A DNA stretch of 60,592 nt, filler included, from Catajapyx aquilonaris (taxonomy: Eukaryota): NCBI GenBank assembly GCA_000934665.2. It is 4 parts of 4 records of this genome, joined end to end, with 100 filler letters (N's around TTAATTAATTAA, not from the genome) between each part and the next. Parts side by side here need not be neighbours in the genome. Positions count along the whole stretch, not along the records: positions 1 to 15,099 come from JYFJ02007624.1; 3 more parts are not named here. One strand, written 5' to 3'. The translations under genes were made by a program, and so were the position numbers. The notes below the pieces were generated by a model. It had not been told where the DNA came from and searched no databases. It worked only from the letters and a program-made list of their open reading frames with translations. The stretch's first letter is position 1. Each line of letters opens with the position of its first letter. Positions 1-11,506 of the stretch are shown one piece after another.

Positions 1-334
1 GCATGTGTCGGAAAATCGTCAGCTTTCGAGAATATTCTCGAAAGCTGACGATTTTCCGACACATGCTGGCGAAACACGATGTTATTTATCTATTCTGTGC
101 ACATGTCTGTGTCATGTCGACTACAGGAGCAATATTACAAGCAGGAGTCTACTGCAGTCAAAGTGGGAGGGGCCTGTAACTTGTTGGCCTGGCATTAGTG
201 TAGGATGTAGCCTATAATCCTAATAGTGAACGCCTCATCCATCCGATTTGTGAGTTGGCCTGGATGGTTTGTCTCAAGGAGTCCCTCCTGAGATGGAGCC
301 AGAAATGATCAAAATCTGCATGAGATGAAATTGG

Positions 335-422
335 CAAAACCCCGGGCTTGGGATCAAACACAGGACCCTTCCATCTGTGGGCACATACAGGTTTGTTACC
401 GCAGTGCCACTTCGTCTCCCCA
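335..422 (-). mobile_element. Degenerate tRNA-derived SINE head (same family as 26862-27258 and 57609-57987)
   Basis: Minus strand ggggagacgaagtggcactgcggtaa...gcccacagatggaagggtcctgtgtttgatcccaagcccggg resembles the heads of the two better-preserved copies. Confidence 0.5.
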
Positions 423-959
423 AATCCATATTAATTTTCCCCATTCTATCATTATTGTGTTGCATTTTTAATCATTCCATTTCCCATGTCCCACTGGCAT
501 GATACACACAATGATCATTCTACAGTACAGTATGATTCTGTGAATGCATATTATGCATGCTGGAGTCATCATATAAATAGCAGAGAACTTTACAAGTAAG
601 GAGACTTTGGTTTGTAATTATTTATTGTTCAAGATGGATAAGCTTAATATAAATAATACAAGTTAGTAAAAATGAGGTATCGGTAGCCTACTCTTTTGTT
701 GATCAATGTTATGGGATTTCATGCATATCGAGATGTCCTGATGGTCACACTCTCAGCTCTCATAACTGAAGAGTCTAGTTCACAAGCATAATATTAGATT
801 TTCAAGCAACTAAAATTCCAAGATACCAGTAAAGATGCATTGCACAGTGAAACATGATTGTAAGGATTAAAATGAAATAAAATGCAGTCCTGTTTGAAAA
901 ATGACTGATAAGTTATTATTGTATCTAATCAAAGTAAGTACCTAGAACTCTTTAACCTA

Positions 960-2200
960 TAGTACACTCCTCTCATGTCACACACTTGGCAAGAATATTA
1001 TTTTCTTCTTGCTATTTTTAAAACTCATGATGACCATGATTAAGGTCCATTTTGCACGTGTACTCTGTGCCAGTGGATCTCACCAAGGGAACCTCTCGAA
1101 GTGTCACTCGAAGTTCAAGGTAAAATAATTTTTTTCGGGTTCCTTATCAGCTAGAAGGACAACACCCTTCTGCAGAAATCCTCGATCTCAAGCGTTTTCG
1201 AGATACAGGGGTCAAAAGGTCAAGAATGGACCACTTTATGAAGGCCCTGAGGAAGCTATCATTAGTGCTATCAGCGAGATTTTGGGGATCTAGAGGTTTC
1301 TTGGGATGGGGAATACAGTGTCATAACCGAAAATCATGAATTATGCGCATGAAGGGTACTTCTCAGGGAAGGGGGTGGGAGGTGGGGGGTCAAAAATTAC
1401 TATAAACAAAGTATTTTTTACTCCTTACATCTTTAGACAGCACTGACTGGACACCCAAGTTGGTGAATTTCGTCAAGAGGAGTGCTTCAGAAATTCTACA
1501 TAATTCATGTTTACATGATATAGTTAACGAAATTCACCAACTTGGGTGTCCAGTCAGTGTGTCTAAAGACATAAGGAGTAGAAAATACTTTGTTTATAGT
1601 AATTTTTGTCCCCCCACCTCCCACCCCCCTCCCTGAGAAGTACCCTTCATGTGCATAATTCATGATTTTCGGTTATGCCACTGTATTCCCCATCCCAAGA
1701 AACCTCTAGATCCCCAAAATCTCGCCGATAGCACTAATGATAGCTTCCTCAGGGCCTTCATAAAGTGGTCCATTCTTGACCTCTTGACCCCTGTATCTCG
1801 AAAACGCTTGAGATCGAGGATTTCTCCAGAAGGGTGTTGTCCTTCTAGCTGATAAGGAACCCGAAGAAGAAAAAAAATCACCTTGAACTTCGAGTGACAC
1901 TTCGAGAGGTTCCCTTGTCAGCACAATATCTACGTGCAAACTTAGAACTACACACTTCACATGAGAATGATTTCAAATGTATATATGAATTTGATTTACG
2001 TGTCTTTTCAAACTAGAAGGATACATCACATACTTCTGAGAGAAAAACTTGCATTCGTATGCTTTCTTGCCAAGGTGGACGCAATTCACATGCTCTTTCA
2101 TCTTCTGGCGAGAAGAGAATCAAATTTCTCATAATAGACATAACATTCATACCGTGTCTTGCCTAGATGAACAGAATTGTGTTGACCAAGCAAGTTCTCC
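960..2200 (-). pseudogene. Decayed C2H2 zinc-finger gene, interrupted by a fold-back insertion
   Basis: Manual minus-strand translation gives HNSVHLGKTRYEC, HVNCVHLGKKAYECKFFSQKY..PSSLKRHVNQIH and YSCQVCD. After removing 1084-1917 it also gives FSCEVCSSKFARRYCAEIHWHRVH (C-x2-C-x12-H-x4-H). Stops and frameshifts are present. Confidence 0.75.
1084..1917. mobile_element. Fold-back non-autonomous DNA transposon with ~390 bp inverted arms and CAAGGGAA...TTCCCTTG ends
   Basis: 1084-~1473 is the near-perfect reverse complement of ~1527-1917. Flanks show TCA on both sides (one extra base on the left), and removal restores a zinc finger. Confidence 0.9.
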
Positions 2201-3214
2201 TCTTAGCTTAGGTGAATGTGGGAGATTTGAATGGGTGTGTATTTGATGAAATTGGTAGCACTTTTCCAAAAAAAAATCATGAATTGGTAATTTCTAATGC
2301 TATTTCCGGCTATTTCAAACATTTCGTGCCCCCCTGCATACGCCACTAAGGATCATTCACATCACTGCAACGGGAAGGCGGGTAGTGCTCCCGACATTAC
2401 TTTGACTCCCTTTTCCGATGAGGAATTGCTTACTATTAAGTATTTAAGCCTGGAGCTGGAGGTTCGTCAGTATCGTCACAAGTAGTAGTTCATTTTTAAT
2501 TTTTAATAAAAAAATAATATTTTAACCTTTTTTTTTGGGGGGGGGGGGGNTCTCGCACACCCTGCGCACCCCTATAAATCCGGCACTGCAAGGGGGAGAT
2601 GTTCGGGGAGGGGGTGAGGGCAGAAAACATTTGGAATTTCTATTACTGAAAACGATGTTTAAGCATAGATGTCATGAAAACTTGTGATTTTAAAACGAAA
2701 CAAAATTGACAATTTTTCAGCTACAATTTTCACAAAAACCAGTGTCAGCTGTCAGGCAGTGCCGCATACAGAATTCAATTTTGGGTGAAGCTGCAACTGA
2801 TTACTTACTTCACTACTTCAGCATGCCTAACAAAGCACCTGACCACCTGTGATTTGAATTCCCCCGTTCTGGTGTAGTTTACTAACACGAATTCTCAATT
2901 TTGTTGTTGGAACATCAAATGTATTTGTTATTAATTTCAAAACAAATACAACACGAGTACAAATTACATTTTCATTGCCGAATAGTTCTGCTATACAGTG
3001 TCAGTACGAGCTGCAAATGAGAAAGAGTAGTAAAGAAAGTTCAAACAATTCAAAGGAACAATGGCTTTTTTTTTTCATTTGATGTGCATAATTCATGGAT
3101 AATTCATGGGGGGGCAAAACCCAGTGTTTGTCCCCCCATCATAAATCATGGGGGGGCAGCTGCCCTCTCTGCCCCCCCGGTTGCTACGCCACTGCCCCTG
3201 AGCCCTATCCTCAC

Positions 3215-3265
3215 CTTCTTCTTCTTGTTGACTGGGTGAGAAGCCCTTCCTGTCAGAGTGGACAT
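3215..3265 (-). CDS. Candidate first coding exon (MSTLTGRASHPVNKKKK) of a gene divergent from RPB11
   Basis: ATG at 3265, 17 codons, then a strong donor AAG|GTGAG. Protein not recognised. Confidence 0.3.
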
Positions 3266-3686
3266 GACCTCCTCACAAGGATGGCGCACTGTACGGAAGA
3301 CAAGACGTGGAAAGGAGAAACAGGGACGGACAAAGAGAGGCAATGTCCGATGCGACGACTGTTATACAAACAGGGTGTGCACACTTGGCAACTGTGGTTA
3401 TGCCACGCGGGTATTAATTAATCGAGGTTTATGTTATTAGTTATTAAATTATAATTTTCGGTCATTTCAAGCCGCGTAAAAAACTATATACTAGTAAATA
3501 TTTATTATATGTCACTCATCCTGGCTGGGCCTAGTCCGTGGGAAGCACCTTATATTGGTGTCTGGAAAAGGGCATTTCCATTTCTAAAGTCTGCGAATCT
3601 ATGTTCGGCGAAAGTGACAACCACTGCAGAGCCTGAAGGTGACAGAGCAGCTGCAGAGGGAAGAGAAGAAGGACCTGTCTGGGACC

Positions 3687-3742
3687 ATGGCGAATGCCCA
3701 CCAGACATTCGAATCATTCCTTCTTTTTGAAGGGGAGAAGAA
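3687..3742 (+). CDS. POLR2J: RPB11/POLR2J-like RNA polymerase II subunit, coding exon 1
   Basis: ACCATGG start; MANAHQTFESFLLFEGEK(K) matches the RPB11 N-terminus MNAPPxFESFLLFEGEKK; donor AA|GTGAGT (phase 2). Confidence 0.9.
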
Positions 3743-5056
3743 GTGAGTTTCCTTGCAGTTGCAATCAGTCCTGTCAGTACTTGTAAGAGGCTGGGCTGAT
3801 AGCACCACTGCAGCTGCAAATAAAGTTATTTTAAGTTTTCAAAGATTGCAATATGCTGGTGACATATATGACATCCTACGTACCAGAAATCATTACACAT
3901 ACAGGATGAAATACAGGATGAGCCTTGTCGATTAATACTTGTAAACAAGCGATTGTTTCTGTAATGAAGCTGAAATCACCAAAATCAACTCTGTCATATA
4001 ATTCGTCTTAGAAATTTGCGAGAATCCTAAATCCCAGTAGAAGTGCACACCTTTCATGTACTGCCCTGTACAGTACAACCATCCATGTTCTCAGTGGCAG
4101 TGGACATCTGCCGAATCATTGTTCTGGGCATGCATGTAGGCACAGTGCACGATAACCTGCATGAATATTTATTTTTATTATGAGGCCAATATATTGGGGC
4201 CTCAGTAATGTTATGAAATTGTTTAAATTGGACACTGAGCAGATGTAGCAACAGTTTCTTAAACCTGATTACCATTAACTCATGCAATCAGTATAACTCG
4301 CTTGAAATTGCTTATTTAGGCTACTGGTAGCAGTGCTTTCTTGTTGGCACACTCTGCATAAGTTTGATGCAATAATTCTGTGAGGCAAGAGCAGTACAAG
4401 TAGGGAATCAAGTTTCTGCATCACTTATGTTCCAATCTCAAAAGTTGCTGGTAAGTCATGCAGGCAGCTGTTGTGTGAGATTTCATGAGAGTTTGTGGAA
4501 TTTCATGGATTGAAAGAGTGGGAACTGCTGGCAGAAGGGGAAATGGCATCTGGCAGAGAAATATTGTTGACAGTAACTTCTCTTCTGCTCTGCATCTACC
4601 ACGCGGATTAATAATATATTTTGTAATGTAACAACTAAAGCTTCTTTTTATCTGCCTTGCATGATAATTCATGGTTCTCTGATGTCTCTCTCCCCCTGCT
4701 CCCTTCCAATCCCATTCATTTCTGATCCCCTCTCACAGTCTCACCACTAGGTCTTGTAAGACTAGTGCTAGTCCTATGCTGACTTATGGTAGACACCACT
4801 GCTCGCCAGCATGTCACAATAATATGTAGGTACTGAGATAATAGGAAAGGGATAATTCAGTATTTGCATCATGCAGTATCCTCTGTAGAGGTCTGTTATT
4901 CTCATGAATGCAACTGATCCAATAAACGAATAAAGGATGCATTATCACTACTGTGCCTTACCAATCTAGACGTGGTAAATCAATTTTGTCAGTTTCTACC
5001 CAATTAGCTGAAACATGAGTTCAATCAATGCTGGTTAAGTTCCTTTTTAGAAAGGA

Positions 5057-7411
5057 CTAGCAGGATACCCGGCGCGGCGTTGCTCGGGTTATGAAATACT
5101 TTTCCATAGCAGTAACTCATTGATTTTGGTAGTAACCTTTGCAATAATTATGGCTGTACAAATACAATGTTGGCATACCAGTGACATGGAGCATATTGCA
5201 TGTGCATGAAGTCCAAACAACACACTGCGGATGTCAGATTGTAAGAAAATACACAATTATACACCTCCAAAATCCAGCAAAAGTATGTAATGAAAAATTG
5301 AAGGCTGTGCAGTAAATGTAGAAGTAAATGTAGAATGTAGAAGCTCCAGCATGGCAGAGCTTACAATCTGACATCCATTGTGTTTTTTTTAGGATTTGAT
5401 GCACATGCAATATTTGGTATAGCCAATTATGTTCATAATTGCATAGATGAAGCGTGTTGTCTCGAAGCTTCACTGAACACAATATCCCTCTTATTACCAT
5501 GCTCCTGACCACTCATGATCACAGCAATCTCATTGCAAGAAGGTTGATTGAATCGACCACGATGCTCACCTTGTAGTCGCTTGTCTGCATCAATGACCAA
5601 GTCAAATTCCAGAGGAGGAGGACTCTCAAGTGCAAGTTTGAAGCTCTTGACATACCCGACATGACATACTCTTGACATGAGTGGAATGGATCATCTCCTG
5701 AAGTTGCAGTATGATGTCGAGGCATGTGCCGTTTAAGTAGGTGCAATGGTATTCCGTCTGCTGTTGCATGTTCCCCACGAAGGAAAGTTGCAGAAACCGC
5801 GGACTCTGATTTTCTGAAGGAAGGAGTGATCCCATGCGATGGTAAATTTGGCCTTGCACTTTGAATGTAGGCATGAAGCCCCCTTCTCTAACAACGTTGG
5901 CCCCAAAGGATGTCATCTGGAAGGCCGAATTGTAATTTCTGATGGTCTTCAGGAAATGTTTTGAATCAGACGATGTACCTGAGAGGAGCATTTTAAGTAG
6001 CTGTGGGGGCTCAGCCAGGAGAGGAAGGCTAACCTTTCCAATGGAGCAACAGATCGATTTAGTTTCACCCTTCCACTTCTTTGCCTGACAATGTGGTGGC
6101 ATACCTCTGACATAGATCCAATTGCAACAACACCGACAGAAGAATAGTCCATGTCTGCTGAGTAGTGGAAAGCGGCATGTAGGAGGTGGGTTGATGAAAA
6201 TGGAGCTAATCTCCGACTGGTGGCCGCGTTTCTCATAGAGTGGAGACATGCTTGGTGTTCTTCCTCAGTCTCTTGGTCCCTCACCCTTAGCCGAACTCTG
6301 TGTGTATCCAATGTGCTTCTGCCAATGCTACTATGTTTTTAGGCCCATCTTAAAGTCGGTGGGGTGTTGAGAATGTGGAGGTCCAAACGTTAGAAAGTGA
6401 AAAAACAAACAAATGCAAAAAAGATTGATAACTGCATGACACATACCTACGTAGACCACATTATGCCACACCTTATACACGTAATACCATTATACACATT
6501 ATACCACACCCGATATACCTTATACCTTTATACCACACCTTAAACACGTTAAACCACATCCCATAACGACTTTTGAATATACATTGAGAATGTGGAGGTC
6601 CAAAATTTACAAAGAGGGAAAAAACAAATAAAAGCAAAACGAATGAAAACTACATGACAGAACGTAACACAGTTCGGAACAGGAGAATTAAGACAAAAAG
6701 CACATGACACAGTATACGTAGAGGAAAAGGTATGGCAGAAAAAGTACGCCAAGAAAATTCCGACAGTGGCTGCCTGAACAAACAACCCAAAACCGCTATT
6801 CTTACATACAGCGCATTTGTATACCACCAGCTCGAACCCTGGGCCTGCCCCGAGGCCGTAGCTGGACCGTGCCACCGTGCCTAGGATAAACATGGAATGA
6901 GGTAGGCCTACCATAGGATAGCAAGATATGGGACTCTTTGAATATTATGAACAAAATAACGTGATCATCACCCAATCACACCAGTATAGTCTCGTAACCA
7001 AGGCAACAGTGTGTAATAAATTCTAAATTGGAACAATAAAGTATGCAACCAATGTGAGTGCAAAAACACTGACCAAAGTACAGCCACCACGTAGAAATGT
7101 AATGACACTGAGGGGCTGGAGGAGGAGGCAGTGGGGGGAGGGGGGGAGGGAGGGGAGGAGGGAAGGACATGGTTTCCCGGGCAACTAAGCAGCATTATTA
7201 GAACACAGGGGGCCAACATCCAAAGTCCTTTTAGCCTCCTGTGGCCAAGGATGACCTCGGAGGTCAATTCTAATGTGCCTATGACATTCCCAGTAAAAAA
7301 CTACCCCTAGTGAAACCCCTGGGGCATATGTCGGGGCCTCCGTACGGATTTGCATAGCGAATAAGAGGAAAGACAGAGGGACAGACATACGTCGAGAAAT
7401 ATGTATTAAGA
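5057..7411 (-). mobile_element. Internally deleted Helitron in RPB11 intron 1
   Basis: Minus-strand 5' end TCTTAATACATATTTCTCGACG. 3' end ACCCGAGCAACGCCGCGCCGGGTATCCTGCTAG|T (GC hairpin, then CTAG). Contains RepHel N-terminal coding remnants. Confidence 0.85.
5433..6311 (-). pseudogene. Helitron Rep/helicase N-terminal region, frameshifted
   Basis: Motifs HCQAKKWKGETKSICCSIGKV, FLKTIRNYNSAFQMTSFG, PTFKVQGQIYHRMGSLLP, PRFLQL and HRGRFNQPSCNEIAVIM, spread across three overlapping frames. Confidence 0.9.
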
Positions 7412-7520
7412 AAAAAACTGTGTAGATGCAAAAATTTTGATATTTTAGCACGTGTAATGGAGCATAATGTTTGCCCATGGCATTTGTCAAACTTAAATAT
7501 ATTTAACTAAACCTTTGCAG

Positions 7521-7610
7521 GATCACCATAGAGAAAGACAGCAAAGTTCCCAATGCCATGATTTTCACCATCGATAAGGAGGATCATACTCTGGGAAATA
7601 TGATTCGAGA
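7521..7610 (+). CDS. POLR2J: RPB11/POLR2J-like coding exon 2 (90 nt)
   Basis: Acceptor CTTTGCAG|, [29 protein letters not shown] (EDHTLGN signature), donor |GTAAGT. Confidence 0.95.
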
Positions 7611-7694
7611 GTAAGTACTTGTCATATAGTGCTTTGTGATATTTGCCAATAGACTGTGACTGATAATATTTCTTTTACATCTGTGTTGTTCCAG

Positions 7695-7869
7695 TCAGCT
7701 CCTGGAGAATCCAAAGGTGCTTTATGCAGCCTACAGGGTCCCTCACCCTTCAGAACATAAGTTCGTCCTACGTATCCAGACTGTCCCTGGCTACACTCCT
7801 CATGATCTTTTAATAGATCTGTATACTAAAGTAGGTGATTTGGAGCTACACATTAACGGCAGCTTTTAA
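7695..7869 (+). CDS. POLR2J: RPB11/POLR2J-like coding exon 3, ending at TAA (spliced product 106 aa)
   Basis: Acceptor GTTCCAG|, QLLENPKVLYAAYRVPHPSEHKFVLRIQTVPGYTPHDLLIDLYTKVGDLELHINGSF*. First two thirds match RPB11; the C-terminal helix is diverged and short. Confidence 0.85.
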
Positions 7870-7976
7870 AATATTGTGCTATTTTTAAAAGCTGCCGTTA
7901 ATGTGTTTTGCAGCAAGTTAATATGGCTCCAATCCATATGCATATGGATTGGAGCCATATTAACTTGCTGCAAAAC
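7848..7976. repeat. Two abutting palindromes (hairpin 7848-7906; perfect 72-bp palindrome 7905-7976)
   Basis: Reverse-complement arms read directly from the sequence. Confidence 0.95.
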
Positions 7977-10900
7977 TCTCAACTTTCAAGAATAATGTTA
8001 AATAACTGATTCTGAATATGTACCATTATTCTTTATGTAAACAATAACAATAACAACATGAGATTCGTGACTGGAGCAGCTGCCATACCGTATTACAAGT
8101 GTTGTCAAAATGTCTGGTTGTCATCATATTACAGCGCAGTATGTCCAAATTCTGGAAATACAAAAGCAATCTTTTAGTAATATCAAGGTAATATGTAATA
8201 CATCTCCAAGAAGTCAAAGCACCTGAGCTTACCTTCACCTAATTCACAGTAAGTCCTTTCCTGTGTCCTGTCCTCATTACACCTTGAATGGACAGTGGGA
8301 TCGGTTTCCTGAAGTGTGTCGTCTGTATCATTTAATTATGAAGGTCAAACCTGTCACAGAATAAAAGACAAGGTGCTATGCAAGGTGCTCTGACTTGAGC
8401 CTGGAGTCCATACCTGATAAAGTGGAATCATACGATACATGTAAGTAAGTAAACATATGATATGTAATAAACATATCAAAACAATGCCACAAGCAATATA
8501 GTAATCAAGAGCTCTTGCAGTAGGCTAATTAATCATTTGCATTATCTAATCGAAGCAAAAATAAATCAGCCAACACTAACAACACAGTCTGATGGTGAAT
8601 AATATTAGCACATGTCACTTATGTTTACAATTATTTTATGCTCATTTTAGGGCCTTTTAGTCTTAATAATTACACTGTACTACAAAATTGCACTTTTTTC
8701 TGTTCTATGAAGATGTGAATAGTGATTCCAATAGTAATTTCTGCGCTGAATCCGAATATCTGCTCAGAAGGCTTCTGTCTGGCACAGGTTTTGAGATAAT
8801 TATATAGTTTTAAAGGTTGGAACCGTTTACTATGCGTCTTTCCGAATCAAGGGGGCCTAAATGTTGCTAGACCGTCTCGGATCTTGGTGAAAATAATCAC
8901 AGATGTACTCAAGTATTCCTTATATAATTTCACAGGAAGAGGAGAAAAAAATATCCTTAGTAGTTCATGCATTTAAACTAGCATGGAACACACTAATTAT
9001 CGTGCTGCCAGAGAATAAAAGGTGCTACTAATGACCACAACAATTAACATGAACAAGCTACACCACAATCCTATCTCTGCAAATTAATGATTTCAAGACA
9101 TGCATATAAATGCAATAACTTAATCAACTCACCACTGCACTTCACTGTTAAGGTTCTTGGAAAAAAGTACTCACAATATTTATTCGGTTCCAGTTCCCAG
9201 GTAGGGTTAGTTACGGTAAGTTACCAGCTTCCATCTCAACGTCCTATGGCTATTTTGTTTCTTGCTTGAGGGTGTTGACAGGCATCACTTCAAGGCATCA
9301 CTTACACTTACAGCCTTACACTACTCCTGACAGTCCTGAGAGCCTTCTTAACTAGCCCATAGGAGATCCTGTAGTTCACCCAGTTTGTTCATATTGATCT
9401 CCAGAGTTGGTCTTTTCTATAAGTTGTTTCTTGAGCACCTGCAGAAATGATAGCTGATCCTGAGCTTCTCTGAGTTCTTGTTTAATAGTGTATATTTGAT
9501 GTTTGTAATGTACTTGGTAAGTGTTTCTTCTAGTTCCGAAATGGTGTGGCATTCCCCTTCCAAACTTTCACCCCGCTTCATCTCCACAGCCAACAATAAT
9601 TTTTCCAGGTCTCTTATTTTTCTTGACTTGCCCCTATGTTGTACTGAAAAAATGTCACGCATTTACACTACTGTATCTAATGATTTTAAAAACATCGATA
9701 AGCTATTATACTGTATAATTATGCCTTGTATTAATTTCACTTGTAAGTCAGACTTTGCAATATTTTCTTCTTTATCATCGAATTGTAAATCCTCAACCTT
9801 GACTTAATTATTCCTCCTCCAGCTGAATTTCCAGTTCTTCATTCCCACAGCCTTATACGTAATTTTGTATTGCTTCTGGGTTCTGATAGGGACAGGGGTT
9901 AAATAACTACATGTAATCATTTTTTCAAAGGCACTTTATTTTGCTAGTTTCTCAAATACGGTAGCCTACCAGTATTTGCATAAAATTAGTCTCTACAGTC
10001 TACATAGAAAAGTATTGTATCCCTGAGGAATAAAAAAAAGAGGAGCTCAGTGTGAAATATGTACCAAGTACTAAGACACTATACACTTACTCATTTTTTG
10101 CTCATATGTATAGCATGCTCTGGTATCAGCTACATTTCCAATGATACGTATTTTGCTGTTTTTCTCAAGTGAAAATATGACTTATTATTACATTCTGGCA
10201 GATGCAATAAACGTAAGTTCCAAATCTAAGGTGCGTCATTGATTTTCGCACATTTCCCACCTACTGGCACTCACTTTTGCACATGATTCATTATTTACAT
10301 TGTAGGCTACAGTATGTACACATGAAATAAAATATGGATCCTACACAGTGTGCTGTTGAAAACACTTAAACGATGGCATAAGTGGGTAACCTTTCAAGTA
10401 GCCTTTTGTTCCTCCTCACTATGCATAACTGTATCAAACTTTATAATGAAATTAACATTTAGTCTGCTGTGTGTGATATTGTAAGATTCCATCCATCTCC
10501 TCCATCCTAATTGAAGGGCATAAGTCAGGCCACTTACAGCTTATTTTCTGACTGCGTGGGAGCCAAAAACCTGGACTAAGAAACAAACTTTGCCTTTTGT
10601 ATTAATACAGAAAGCTAGTGAGGTGTGAGCAGATCCTTATCATGAACTATGCACAAACAGGACAAAGTACAACATGTGTGTACTTGAAATTAATATTGTA
10701 ATTAACATCCTGCACGTTTAAAATACCTATTTAGCCGTTATTTTGCGAAGAACTGCTACACCAACTGTTAAGCGAGAAACAGCTGCGTTGGATACAGCCC
10801 TTCAAAGATGGCGCCTTTTCAATGTCCGATCCGGTTCGATCAGATTCGTTTGAGAGGGTATTTCGGCTCGAATATTTGCAGGTCTGCAGATATCGTGACT

Positions 10901-11325
10901 GGACACAGGCTGTGAGGAACCATGGGCAGGTTGGACAGTATTCTGGACACTCTGCTGGACAACTCGGACCGCAACAAGCTTCTCCTGAAGTCTGTTTGCA
11001 TCCAGACTGGGTTGTCTGGAAGAGAGGGTCACAATGGGAGTGGTAACCAGGCTCAAAGAGTGGTTCAGTGATAGAGAAGGAAGGGGACTGGAGGCTGACA
11101 GGATCGAGCAGGGTATGGTCTGGAACACATCAGTCACGGTGGAGATTATTTCAATTGCATAAAAACATGATCATGTGTGACCGACACGTACAGCAACTAA
11201 CGCAGAGTAATATGAGAAGCTGACACGAGGTGAAACGCAGTGGTTAAAAATTTAGCTAAGGGCTGGTTGCATCAACACAAGGTTCAAGAAAATGTCTACC
11301 TTTGCAATTAAAATGGCAACAATGG

Positions 11326-11430
11326 GTGGAATTTTCGACCCACTGCTAGTTACGGTTAACTTAGCAGTAACCATCCCCAACACTGGTACTGCTAAGTTAG
11401 CAGTAACTAGCAGTGGGACGAAAATTCCAC
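11326..11430. repeat. Imperfect hairpin (MITE-like)
   Basis: gtggaattttcgacccactgctagttac ... gtaactagcagtgggacgaaaattccac. Confidence 0.6.
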
Positions 11431-11506
11431 ACATTGAACTAACAATTAATAGCAAGGTTAGGCCGTACTGGACCCTGCGTGTTGAGATGGTGCAGGATGT
11501 AACAGC

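Noticed and set aside
7521..7869. Assignment to POLR1D/AC19 rather than RPB11
   Set aside because: FESFLLFEGEKK and KDSKVPNA are RPB11-specific.
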